A stretch of DNA of 64,000 nt, taken from NCBI RefSeq assembly GCF_006345805.1, contig NC_043007.1, forward strand, positions 43,214,001 through 43,278,000, read 5' to 3'. Made by a program: the position numbers and the translations under genes. This document shows positions 37,349 to 49,744 of the stretch, one piece after another (within the stretch, counting starts at the first letter, position 1; every line of letters starts with the position of its first letter). The DNA comes from Octopus sinensis (taxonomy: Eukaryota). The notes beneath the pieces were generated by a model, which searched no databases, was not told the origin of the DNA, and saw nothing but the letters and a program-made list of their open reading frames with translations.

Positions 37349-40300
37349 CACCCTATTGCGGACTACTCATTGACAAATGACAGTGACCTTCTCTTCGTGG
37401 CAGGTGATTTCAATGGACGTTGGACGACATGTCAGGGGCTTCCATGGCATCCATGGAGGCCACGGTTTTTGGCTCTCGAAATGAGGAGGAACCAGGCTGC
37501 TGGAGTTCTGCGATGCAAATGACCTTATGGTCTGCAATACCCACTTCAGGAAACCCACCTCTCACCTAGTCACCTACCGTTCTGGCAGACACACCAGCCA
37601 GATTGACTACATCCTTGCCAGAAAAAGGGAAAGAGGGCTGATTAAAATGCCAAAACCTTCCCAGGCGAAGAATGTACTCCCCAACATAGATTGTAGTTAG
37701 CGACTTCAGGATCAGAGCTAAATGGTTCGCCCAGAAGAAGACCAGCTTGGAGGAGAAGGGTCTGGAAGCTTAAGATCCTGCAAATGCACAGAGAATTTAG
37801 AGACATACTACTCGAAGCCTCTGACGAAATAGAAGGGGATATAGCTTCACTTAATGTGGAGAAGAACTGGAGATTCCTACGGGACAATCTGCTGACAGCC
37901 ACTGACCAGATCTGTGGATGGAGCAAAGTACCATCTCGACCCAGAGTAACATGGTGGTGGAACACGGTGGTTGACGGGGCTATTAGACAAAAGAGACAGG
38001 CTTGGAAGGACTGGAAGAACGGTGGTAGCAGGGAATTGTATCAGACAGCCAAAAGGGAGCTAGGAGACAGGTTTATATAGCCAGAGGGGAAGCGGATAAG
38101 AAAAAATTTGCCAATGTTCTGAGCCGTGAGATGAAAGACTTGAGGTATTTCGTGTTGCAAGACAGTGTGTGAGAGAGAATCGTGATGTGGTAGGAGAGAA
38201 GTGTGTTCGCATGGATGATGGTTCACTTGCGCTAAATGAGGATGCAAAGAGAGAGGTTTGGAGATGCCAATGAAAGTTTGCTGAATAAAGAAAATGAATG
38301 GGATAAAGAGTCTGCCAAATGTTGACCCAACAGAGGGACCAGCTATCCGAGTTGATAGTTCCGTAGTAGCTAAGGCAGTTAGAATCATGAAGACAGGGAA
38401 AGCCCCAGGCCATCAGGAATTACTGCAGAGATGCTCAAAATATCTGGCAGTGTCGCTATAACCTAGTCCCCCGTATAGTCAACCAGGTGATACACGAGGA
38501 GTCATACCCAATGACTGGTGTAGCAGCATACTAGTCAACTGCTACAAAGGTAAAGGTGATGCCCTGGATACAAATAATTACAGAGGTATCAAGCTGTTGG
38601 ATCAGGTAATGAAGGTTACGGAGAGGGTCTTAGCCCAACTAATTAGAGAGAGAGTTAGTTTAGATGAGATGCAGTTTGGGTTTGTCCCAGGGAAAAGCAC
38701 CACTGATGCTATATTCCTGGTAAGGCAGCTGCAGGAGAAATACCTAGCCAAGGATAAGCCCCTGTACCTGGCTTTTGTTGACATGGAGAAAGCCTTTGAT
38801 AGGGTCCCCCGATCCCTCATCTGGTGGTCAATGAGGAAACTAGGGATAGATGAATGGCTGGTGAGGGCTGTGCAAGCCATGTACAGAGATGCCGTAAGTA
38901 AGGTTAGAGTTGGCAACATGTACACAGAAGAATTCAAGTAGAGGTTGGGGTCCACCAGGGTTCAGTACTCACCCCCCTCCTATTTATCATAGTCCTCCAG
39001 GCAATAACGGAGGAATTCAAGACCGACCGTTGCCCCTGGGAGCTCCTCTATGCTGACGACCTCGCTCTAATCGCTGAGTCACTATCAGAACTGGAGGAGA
39101 AGTTCCAGGTGTGGAAGGAGGGTTTAGAATCGAGGGGCCTTAGAGTCAACCTAGCTAAAACCAAAGTACTAATAAGTAGAAAGGTAGAAAACCCACAAAT
39201 ATCATCAGGAAGATGGCCCTGCTCGATCTGTAGAAAAGGTGTAGGTAGAAACTCTATAAGATTACCCAGTGTAAGCTATGGACACATAAGAGGTGCAGCA
39301 ATGTCAAAGGTAGGCTAACTGGGAAGATAGTTTTTGTATGTGGCAGGTGCTCTGGAGCACTGACCTCCGAAAATCTGCAGAAAACAACTTCTGTCACTTT
39401 CCGGGGGGAAAAACTAGAAGTAGTTGATAGTTTCCGCTATCTAGGTGACCAAGTCATAGTGGGGGTGGGTGCGCTGAAAGTGTAACTGCTAGAATAAGAA
39501 TAGCCTGGGCAAAGTTTAGGAGCTCTTACCTCTGCTGGTGACTAAAGGCCTCTCGCTCAGAGTAAAAGGCAGACTGTATGATGCATGTGTACGAACAGCT
39601 ATGCTACATGGCAGTGAAACATGGGCGTGACTGCTGAGGACATGCGTAAGCGATGCGTAACGTGAGGAACGAAGCCAGTATGCTCCGATGGATGTGTAAT
39701 GTCAGTGTACTTACTCGACAGAGCGTTAGTACCTTGAGAGAAATGTTGTACCTAAGAAGCATCAGTTGTTGTGTGCAAGAGAGACGATTGCGCTGGTATG
39801 GTCATGTGGCGAGAATGGATGAAGAAGGTGTGTGAGAAAGTGCCAATCCCTAGCAGTTGAGGGAACCCGTGAAGAGGTAGACCCAGGAAACCTGGGACGA
39901 GGTGGTGAAGCACGACCTTCGGACGTTAGGTCTCACCATGGAAAGACTAGAGACCGAGACCTATGGAAGTATGCTGTGCGTGAGAAGACCCGGCAAGACT
40001 AGTGAAGCCATAATCCGTGGCCCTACCTGGGACGTAGTCAGTCCACCTGTGCATACCTTCCTTCTTGTGACACTTGTGAAGACTGTTGAGGCAAGTGAGA
40101 ATAGAATCGAATCGTATCAAATCAAATCGAACCAAATCAAAATAGATGAACATCAATGGAATTTTATCCTTGTGGTACCAGTGCCGGTGGCACATAAGAA
40201 AACCATCCGAACGTGACCGTAGCCAGTACCGCAATGACTGGCCTCCGTGCTGAGGGCACGTAACAAACACCATCCGAGCGTGGCGTCCGCCAGCCTCGTC

Positions 40301-40755
40301 TAGCACCTGTGTCGGTGACACATAAAAAAAACCATCCGAGCGTGGCCGTCTGCCAGCCTCGTCTGGCACCTGTGTCGGTGGCACATAAAAACCACCATCC
40401 GAGCGTGGCCGTCTGCCAGCCTCGTCTGGCACCTGTGTCGGTGGCACATAAAAAACACCATCCGAGCGTGGCCGTCTGCCAGCCTCGTCTGGCACCTGTG
40501 TCGGTGGCACATAAAAAACACCATCCGAGCGTGGCCGTCTGCCAGCCTCGTCTGGCACCTGTGTCGGTGGCACATAAAATCACCCACTACACTCTCGGAG
40601 TGGTTGGCGTTAGGAAGGGCATCCAGCTGTAGAAACACTGCCACATCTGACTGGCCTGGTGCAGCCTTCGGGCTTCCCAGACCCCAGTTGAACCGTCCAA
40701 CCCATGCTAGCATGGAAAGCGGACGTTAAACGATGATGATGATGATGATGATGAT
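37346..40755 (+). mobile_element. Long RTE-clade LINE (copy 2), truncated within the endonuclease; frameshifted EN-RT-PHD-thumb, 3'UTR array and (GAT)n tail
   Basis: LFVAGDFNG, QIDYIL, QFGFVPGKSTTDAIF, FVDMEKAFDRVP, GVHQGS, YADD (39049-39060), C4HC3 finger (39220-39350), and tail GGACGTTAAAC(GAT)n. Confidence 0.95.
40270..40582 (+). repeat. 63-bp tandem repeat x5 in the RTE 3'UTR
   Basis: CCATCCGAGC starts at 40270, 40332, 40395, 40458 and 40521. A diverged unit lies upstream (40203-40269). Confidence 0.95.
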
Positions 40756-40883
40756 ATATAAAGGAATATAAGGATAAAGGCATGCTATAAAGATTTATAG
40801 TCAATTAATACATTAAATTGGTAATAATGTACATGCGTATATATACATATGTACATTATTATTAATTTAATGCATTAATTGCC

Positions 40884-40915
<32 letters not shown>

Positions 40916-41242
40916 TGCATAGATAAACACACTCACATGATGCACATGTGTGTATGTACACACCAGGTTTCTGCACAATTCCTGTCTACTAAATTCCACT
41001 TATAAGTTATTGGGTAACCCAAGGTTATAGTGGATGAGCTATTTGTCCATGACACCACACAGTGAAATGAAACTCAGAACCATATGGACATGAAGCAGAC
41101 TTCTTAACCTCATAGTCATGCTTGCATCCGTATGACTAGTTTTTTGTTTTTGTTCTTTTTTTTTTTGGCACTAATTTGTTTGACTGATTACACTCATTAC
41201 ACTTATATACTACATTCTTTCCACAGAATGAAAGGCTTTAAG

Positions 41243-41454
41243 AAGCAGCGAGCTGGCAGAAACATTAGCACGCCTGGCGAAATGCTTAGAGATATTTCGT
41301 CTGTCTTTACATTCTGAGTTCAAATTCCGCCAAAGTCAACTTTGCTTTTCATCATTTTGGGCTCTATAAATTAAGTACCATTTGTGTACTGGGGTTGATC
41401 TATTCTACTGCCTCCCCTCCCCCAAAATTTCATGCCGTGTGCCTAGAGTAGAAA
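41243..41454 (+). mobile_element. SINE family B with perfect 18-bp TSD
   Basis: AGAATGAAAGGCTTTAAG at 41225-41242 and 41455-41472. A-box-like GAGCTGGCAGAA and B-box GAGTTCAAATTCC. Confidence 0.88.
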
Positions 41455-41560
41455 AGAATGAAAGGCTTTAAGGTAAGTGTTTCTAAACTCAAATCAGTTC
41501 ATAAAGACTAGTGCTTGGCTCGAGTTACATGGCATTAAACAGTTATGAAATAGATCTCAC

Positions 41561-41625
41561 CTGAGATTGCATGCCAGTTTTTCATAAGAATTGTTCCCAG
41601 ATAATCCAGTAATGATTTCCAATAA
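41561..41625 (-). other. Candidate 65-nt host exon
   Basis: Minus strand: catag|TTATTGG...ATCTCAG|gtgaga. Open in two phases (YWKSLLDYLGTILMKNWHAIS or LLEIITGLSGNNSYEKLACNL). Confidence 0.25.
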
Positions 41626-41630
41626 CTATG

Positions 41631-41800
41631 TTAACCCTTTAGCATTCAGATTACAATAACTGTAATGCTTATTCACATTACTTTGAATTAATCATGCTTT
41701 ATCTTCCAGATTTCGATGATGCGATTGTTCATTTTTAGAATGGCTTTCTAGGATAGATATAAAAGTCTGGATTTGGCCAGTTTAAATGTTAAAGTGTTAA
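41631..41800 (+). mobile_element. piggyBac-type MITE, copy 3 (internally deleted)
   Basis: TTAA-CCCTTTAGCATT...AATGTTAAAGTG-TTAA. Confidence 0.72.
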
Positions 41801-41835
41801 GCAAGACACAAAGAACTAAGAGTACTGCACACACA

Positions 41836-41874
<39 letters not shown>

Positions 41875-44800
41875 GACTAACTTGCATTGGATTTTAAGTT
41901 TATGAAATGACAGAATTCACCATTTTTTTTTCAAGGGACACTAGACAGACCTCTTTTATACCATACATATTCATCAAAATACATATATACAAACTTCATG
42001 CATGCATGTATTTATATACACACACATATATCATTCAAGCTATTCCTACTCCTGTGTAATTAGGCAAGTCATTTTACACATAAATGTCCATCTCAAGTCT
42101 ACCCTAAAGGGCTAAAAACTGAGAGGGTATTCTGCTTATACTTATGACAAGTCTTATATTACAAAGCACAGAAAATGAAATAAAACAAAATGAAATAAAG
42201 CAAAAATACAACGGAATATACAACTAATTACAGGACAGACTCAAAACTAAATGAGCAGTTTTAAGTTGAAAAAGATTCCATCCAAGAGAATATTGACATG
42301 GGTTGTTAATGGCTGGAAGCCTTTTCAAGTCTTTCTTTAAGTTCTCTCCTTATTCCTCCTTCTCTGACTCATCATCATCATTATTTTCATCAACTAAAGC
42401 TTTGGGAGGGAAATTTGGTTAACTGAAACTATATAGCACTACTACCATTATGCTGCTGTCACCACAGCACTACCGGCATTATTATTATTATTATTACATT
42501 TACATCCAGTTTCCATGCCCTGACATGAGCTGAACAGATTGTCATAAACTGAGTCACTTATTAGTTACTGCCCTCCTAAATGGGTCATAAGACTCCATGT
42601 CACTCAAAATATTTCATTTTTGGCATGGTTTCTATGGCTGGATGCTCTTTCTAACACCTACCATTTTATAGAATGTTTTGGATGCAACCACTACATATAA
42701 TGTTTGCAGATATGCAGCAAATATGTGGTATGTGTATGCACACGTACAAACATACTGTGCAATGATTACTTCTTGAAGATTACCATCTGTGAAGTAGCCT
42801 TAATTCTTTGTTAATTTCTTGTTTAAATACTTCGCTTACATCACTAGCAATTTCTATCGGGAAAAAGCATGAATACCAGAATCTAATATTTATCATCTAC
42901 CATAAAAATACACCATTATAAACTCCCTACCTTGCAAAATGTGTGTGTTAGTGTATGTCTATATGTGTGTGCATGCATGCGTGCATGTGTGTGTGTGTGT
43001 GTGTGTACAAGCATTTACATAGATATATAAACTCAGCTAGAAATTCATATGTAAATATGTCTATATATGTTTGTTGTTTGGCTATGTGCACACATATACA
43101 TGTGTACACATACAAACTAATAAACATAAGTTAATGAAACAATATCACATACACATATTTTATCAATGCACACAGCTCATTGCACGAGCACATTGTCTTT
43201 TAATCTCTGGAATGTCTCTTAAGCTGGTGCTTAGATCCAGTTTCAAGGAACTGAGTAGATAACAGATAATTCTCTTCCTGTAGAATAAGATTCTAATCTA
43301 TGTATTGCAAATAACATTTCTGTTGCCTACTTCTAGCAGGAGTTTTCATTAGATCAGAGACACTGTCCAAATGCTTGCCACACAGTGGATTCCACTAAAG
43401 GCACCCAAGTATCAGGCAGGTGATATCATCCTAAATAACAAATTAAGTCTATCAGCCAAGAACAAGAATGACTCTTCCTACAGGCTTTCACACAGTTTCT
43501 GTTTAGAAAATTTCACACATAAGATATTAGTCAACCTGAAACTATGGTGGAAGATAATTGCCTAAAATGCTATGCAGTGGGCTCAACCCCAAAACCATCT
43601 AGCTGTAAAATGAACTTCTTAACCACTCAACCATGCCTATTTCAAATATATATAAATACAAATATATATATAGCTGTTAACACACTTTAAAAAAGAAAAA
43701 GGTATTAGATGATCTAGGTGGAATACCTTCAATTATAGTGCTGTACTATCAGACCTGGCCTGGAGCCAAAAAGAAAAAGACATCAAACATAGGGACATTA
43801 TGCATGCACAAACACCAATATTTTAGCCAATCTGTATAAATGAATCATCCATCATCATCATCAACATCTGACATCCATTTTCCATGCCTGCATTGGTTGA
43901 ATTTATGTCCAAAATAATTAGGGAAAGAGGAGAGAGAAATTGAAATGAAGTAAGTGAGAGAGTGTGCCACTTTTAATGACCACAGTGACAAAATTACACC
44001 ATGTAATATGTCAGATCAATCATTAAGTACATCACCAAACATCTGAAACTAATGTAAGTCTCTTCAAGTAATAACATGTTATCATGATTGATATCAAACT
44101 GAAGTTCATATAAATCTTATTTCCCTACAAATCAATCATCCCAAAGACTCACCAAACTAAGCACTAGATCCTACTACTATCACATTTTTCATTTTTTTTT
44201 TTCTTTTCTTCCTAACGTTTCATCATACTCTATCCAGTTTTGTCACATCAAATCTGCAGAACAATCCAATTCTATAAATTTTAGACATTTTCACAAAGGA
44301 TTTGCTGAAGCAGCTATTTTGCACTTGGATGACCTTCCTAACACTAGTCAGTCAACTATGAAGTAGGAGTAATTTTTTTGTCATTTTTCTTTTATGTCTT
44401 TTTTTTTAATTTGACAGTCTATGGAAGAGGAGGAATGCCCATGGGATTTTTAAGCCTGGGAGATGGGAAGTTTTTAATAACTTAATGAACTTATTACAAT
44501 TAATTTGGAGATGTACAAATTAGTGAATGGAGGTGGGTTTAAATGCAGGATGGGAAACAAGAGAAATCCAGTTCTGGAAAAGCACCCAGATAAGTGTTTA
44601 TTATAGGATCTAGGGGAGGTGAAGAGAAAGATCATAATGAAGTGAATTTGGGTGAGTAAAATCATAAATGCGGACAGTGTTTGTAGAAGATACAGGGATA
44701 ACATACAATTTAATACAGTTCAGGTGCATCATATTTGAATGTGATGTATGTTAATATTATATATAAATAGGTTATTAATTATTCAAGTTTAAGGAATTTG

Positions 44801-44921
44801 GGGGTGGGGCTGAAACCTGTGAAGATGGTATGGTTGGGAAGTGAACTTCTCAACTACATACAGCCATGTAGTATGTTATCCACATCAAAATATGGTTATC
44901 ATTTTGTACTATTATTATCAT

Positions 44922-45147
44922 TTAACCCTTTAGTTTTCAGATTTTTCCATCAGATGTAATACTTAATCATTCACATTGTTTTAAATTAATTATGTATTAT
45001 CTTGTAGCTTGAGATATAGATGATGTGATTGTTCAATTTTAGAATGACATTGCAGGGTTGGTATGGAAGCCAAATCTGGTTGGTTTGAGCATAAAACAAG
45101 AGGAATATTTGGACTGGATATGGCCAGTTTAAATGCTAAAGGGTTAG
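44922..45147 (+). mobile_element. piggyBac-type MITE, copy 4
   Basis: TTAA-CCCTTTAG...AATGCTAAAGGG-TTAG. Confidence 0.72.
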
Positions 45148-46965
45148 AGTACCAAGTGCAAGAAATGATAAAAACCAAGTTAATAAAGACATTACTACAT
45201 GGTTACTTGACATTGCTAGGAATAACAACCAACTCTCCTTCAAACTACCATTACCATACCTTCTTATAAAAGGTCATTTTGTTGGACAATGTAAGGTACA
45301 CTATTCAAAAAACAAAAAAAAAACATAGGATGGTCATAACTGGAATGCTCTTTCATCATAAATCTTTTGTTTGCTCAATCAGAGCTAGCCTGGGGCTAAA
45401 CAGCAACAACAACAAAGAAGAGGAAAACTACTTTAAAAGGAAAACAAACAAAAAAAGAAAGGAGTAAAAGAATTTAAAATGACAGGCATTTTGTTATTTC
45501 AATATCCGGGTAAAAATATCTGTCAAGACAGATAGAATATTAAGAAGAAACAGAAATTGATGATAATAATGATGATAGTGATGATGATGAAGATGGCAGT
45601 GGTGGTGGTGGTGACAGTGATGATGACAGTAATGGTGATAATGATGATGATGCTGATGATAACAGTGGTGGTGGTAATGATGGTGATGATGATAACAATA
45701 ATGATTTTAAAAAAAAAGATAAAAGAATAAATGGTTAGGCTCTTCAAATCTCACAAATAAAATTTTACAAAAATTTCTTTTTTTAAAACAAAAAAGCAGA
45801 AGAGAGAGAATGTGGATGTCTTATAATGACATAACACTAGATGATTCAGAAAGGAAAAGAAAAAGAGGGAAAAAAAAGAAAAGAAAAGCAAAATCTACAT
45901 GTATAGGAAAATAACAAGAAATGTACAGAGATGTAGAGAAAATTGCCTGATTTGGTCTTATTGAAAATCTTTCAGTTTACGGACAAAAGTGTATTGCAGA
46001 ATTTCTTAGAGAAACATATACCTTTGAAAAGACGTCAGATTCCTTTGAAAATAAGGAATCAATCGGGTAATAGGTGGAGTGATAAAAGGAAATGAAAAAT
46101 GGTGGAGGGGAGACAGTGAGTTTTTGTTGAACAAACCAGGATTTTTTCTTTTCTTTTTTTTCAGACTGAGGTTTTCATTTGAAAGATAAGAGGGGAAAAA
46201 AAACATTTATAAATAACAACAAATGTGGTGAAATGGAAAGGAAATTATAGGAAGGAAAATACTGGCATCTTTAATAAAGAAGGAGAAAGAGTAGGAGGAT
46301 AAAGAGGATAAGGAGGAGGGGGCAGAGAAAGAAGAGGACAGGGAAGGAGGAAGGGAGGGGAGGAGGCAGAGGAGGATGACACCGATGACTACTATGACAA
46401 CCACCACCACCACCATGACGAGCACCAGCAGAAATAATATTGATAATGAGATGATAATGAGAACTAAAATGACCACAAGTATTTCTTTCCCTCCCCCACA
46501 TAAATATTTTCAAAGCATGCCCCCTGCAAAGTTCTAAGACCCAGACATATAAAAAGAAAAACATTAAGCTAGAGAAACCAAATAAAGAGACTGGATTGTT
46601 GGCAAAGATCACATTCAGTGATAAACTGTGGTTCTCTAAAATGTGTATGGTATAATATTCATTTACAAGATTTGTCCATAGGACATTGAACATCCACAGG
46701 CTGCTCTTGCCAATCAGCTATCTACAGTTAGGCTGGCTTTTCAACTGGTGGTTGATCATATATACATACATACATAAACATACATGTGTGTGTGTGTGTG
46801 TGTAAGTATTTCTGTGAAAGAAACCAATAGAATAAGTACCAGACTTTAAAACATTTGAGAACTGGGGTCAATTTGTTTGACTAAAACTCTTCAATGCAGT
46901 GCCACAGCATGGCCACAGTCTGATGAGTGAATCGAGTAAAAGGTAAATGGTAAAAAGATATATAT

Positions 46966-48323
46966 ATGGATTTCGACCAGGTAGAGGCTGCCTAACACAG
47001 CTCCTGCAACACTATGACTGGGTGTTGAAACAGCTACTAAATGGCTCAAATGTGGATGTAATATATCTTGACTTTGCAAAAGCCTTTGATAAAGTCGACC
47101 ATGGTATGATCTGTCACAACCTGCGTGGTCTCGCATAGGCGGGAAACTTGGAGAGTGGCTGCACAACTTCTAAAAGACAGAAAACGGCGGGAGGTTGTGA
47201 GCAATGGAGCCACCTCCAGGGAAACGCAAATAACAAGCGGTGTCCCACAGGCACTGTCTTGGGGCCACTGATGTTCATAGTGGCCCTTTCAGACATGCCT
47301 TCAGTTGCTACGATGACCACCCTTGCTAGCTATGCAGATGACACAAAGGTCTCCCACGCAATACAGAACCCTGAAAATATTGCGCATCTGCAACACGAGC
47401 TGGACACAATATACAGTGGGCTGAGGACAACAACATGCAGTTTAATGCAGGTAAGTTCCAGGCCCTGCGCTACTGGCACACAAAGGTAAATGACGTGAAG
47501 ACTGGATACACTGGCCCAGGAAGAATTGCAATCCCTGAGTCAAAATCAGTGCGTGACCTGGGCATTGACATGAGCAATGATGCATCTTTCCAAATGCATA
47601 TTGCTAATCTGGTGATAAAATGCAGACGGCTAGCTGGATGGATTCTCCGAACTTTCAGAACAAGAGAGAAGGAGACACTGATGGTCCTATGGAAAACATT
47701 TGTCCTCAGCCGCTTGGACTACTGCTCCAACTTTGGTCACCACACAATATAAAACAAACAGCAGAACTCGAAGCAACTCAGAGAAGCTACACAAAGAAAA
47801 TTCGTCTCAATGCAAAATGTCAGCTACTGGGAAAGACTGAAGGTATTAAACCTCTTCTCCCTGGAGCGGAGGCGGGAGAGATATGCAGTAATATACATCT
47901 GGAAAATCCTGGAGGGTCTTATCCCAAACTTTGGCATTCAAAGTTACTCCACCGCAGAACGGGGCGCCGCTGCGTGGTGCCAAGGATTCCAACATCACCA
48001 TCAAAATACAGGTCCAGATACTGCAACAGCTTGGGTTTCAGAGGACCACAGCTTTTCAACATCCTCCCTAAATGCCTGAGAGACTTACATGGTGTGGATG
48101 GGTTTCTTTAAAACTAAACTGGATCTCTTCTTGTTGGGAGTCCCAGATGAACCTACTCACGACAGGAGACACGGATGCGGGCAGCAGCATCGAACTCCCT
48201 TGTTGATCAAGTGCCACGTATCAGAGGTGTGATTCACAAACTAGTTGGCTCATTCAGCGTGGTGCCCCAGCATGGCCGCGGCCTTCGGGCTAAAACATTT
48301 TTAAGGATTTAAGGATTTAAGGA
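46966..48323 (+). mobile_element. 5'-truncated CR1-clade LINE (RT and C-terminus) with (TTTAAGGA)n tail
   Basis: GFRPGRGCLTQLL, YLDFAKAFDKVDH, QGTVLGPLMF, YADDTK, VRDLGI and SLERRRER motifs across 1-nt frameshifts. 8-mer tail at 48300-48323. Confidence 0.9.
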
Positions 48324-48345
48324 TATATATATATATATACACTTT

Positions 48346-48734
48346 TAATTGTTTCAGTCATTTGACTGCGGCCATGCTGGAGCACCGCCTTTAATCGAGC
48401 AATTCGACCCTGGGACTTATTCTTTGTAAGCCCAGTACTTATTCTATCGGTCTCTTTTGCCGATCCGCTAAGTAGCGGGGACATAAACACACCAGCATCG
48501 GTTGTCAAGCAATGCTAGGGGAACAAACACAGACACACAAACACACACACATAAATATATATATATACAGGTTGTGCGACAGGCTTCTTTCAGTTTCCGT
48601 CTACCAAATCCACTCACAAGGCATTGGTCGGCCTGGGGCTATAGCAAAAGACACTTGCCCAAGATGCCACACAGTGGGACTGAACCCGGAACCATGTGGT
48701 TGGTTAGCAAGCTACTTACCACACAGCCACTCCT
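48346..48734 (-). mobile_element. Young SINE family A copy, tail-to-tail with the CR1 LINE
   Basis: Minus-strand head GTGGCTGTGTGGTAAG...GGTTCCGGGTTCAGTCCC and tail GGTGCTCCAGCATGGCCGCAGTCAAATGACTGAAAC. Confidence 0.9.
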
Positions 48735-49405
48735 ATATATATATATACATATACACATATATACACACACACATACACACACACACACATATATATAAAG
48801 GAAAGAAGGAAGGGATGAGAAAGAGGAGGCGGAGAGGAGGATGGTCGGAGAGGAGATGGGTATGAGGAGGAGAAGTACTGCATTAGGTGTTGCATGCCAG
48901 TGTTGTGTAACACATCAAGTGCCAGTGGCACATAAGCACCCAGTACACTCTGTAAAGTGGTCTGCATTAGGAGGAGCATCCAGTCATAGAAACCATGCCA
49001 AAACAGGCAACCAGAGACTGTCAAACCATCCAACCCATGCCAGCATGGTAAACAGACGTTAAACAATGATGATACACTCACACACACATATATTACAAAT
49101 ACACATAAACACACACACACACACACACACGTACATAGCACATACAGATAAAGACATGTAAACATACACATATGTATATATATCTTTGAGCTTATAGTTT
49201 GCAAAACAAGTAGGAGAAAATAGTATTTAAATATCAAAGGCGGGGTAAAATAATGATGTATTGAGGCTGAAAAATCTTCACAAACTGTTACATAATATAT
49301 AGTATTGCTCTATGTATTCAAGGCTGTCTGATGGGCTGATACATGAAACTCTGAATAACAACTTGTGATGTCTTCTCAGATTCAATAAATTATTATTATA
49401 AAAGT

Positions 49406-49628
49406 GGTGAGCTGGCAGAATTTTTAGCACACCAGGCGAAATGCTTAGTGGTATTTCATCTGCCGCTATGTTCCAAGTTCAAATTCTGTTGAGGTCGACT
49501 TTGCCTTTCATCCTTTCGGGGTCGAGAAAATAAGTACCAGTTGAACACTGGAGTCGATGTAATCAACACATCTCTTTCTCCAAAATGGCTGCCCTTGTGG
49601 CAAAATTTGAAGCCATTATTATTATTAT
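49406..49628 (+). mobile_element. SINE family B
   Basis: Colinear with 41243-41454, with an (ATT)n tail. Further copies lie near 34430-34580, 54890-55300, 56150-56290, 58540-58670 and 59000-59215. Confidence 0.82.
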
Positions 49629-49647
49629 ACACATATACATACATACA

Positions 49648-49689
<42 letters not shown>

Positions 49690-49744
49690 TATATATACAT
49701 ACATACACACACACACATACATATACACATATATGTACATATGT

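Noticed and set aside
40270-40582. CRISPR array
   Set aside because: The units are contiguous near-identical 63-mers with no unique spacers, lie inside a LINE 3'UTR, and no cas genes are present.
39947-40713. ORFs with 21-aa repeats (e.g. 39947-40573, 40309-40632)
   Set aside because: They are open only because the repeat unit is 63 bp. They occur in several frames on both strands, so they are not evidence of coding.
45523-46476. Poly-Ile/Thr/Val/Ser ORFs (also 51524-52066, 56313-56549)
   Set aside because: Trinucleotide low-complexity tracts, not supported as genes.
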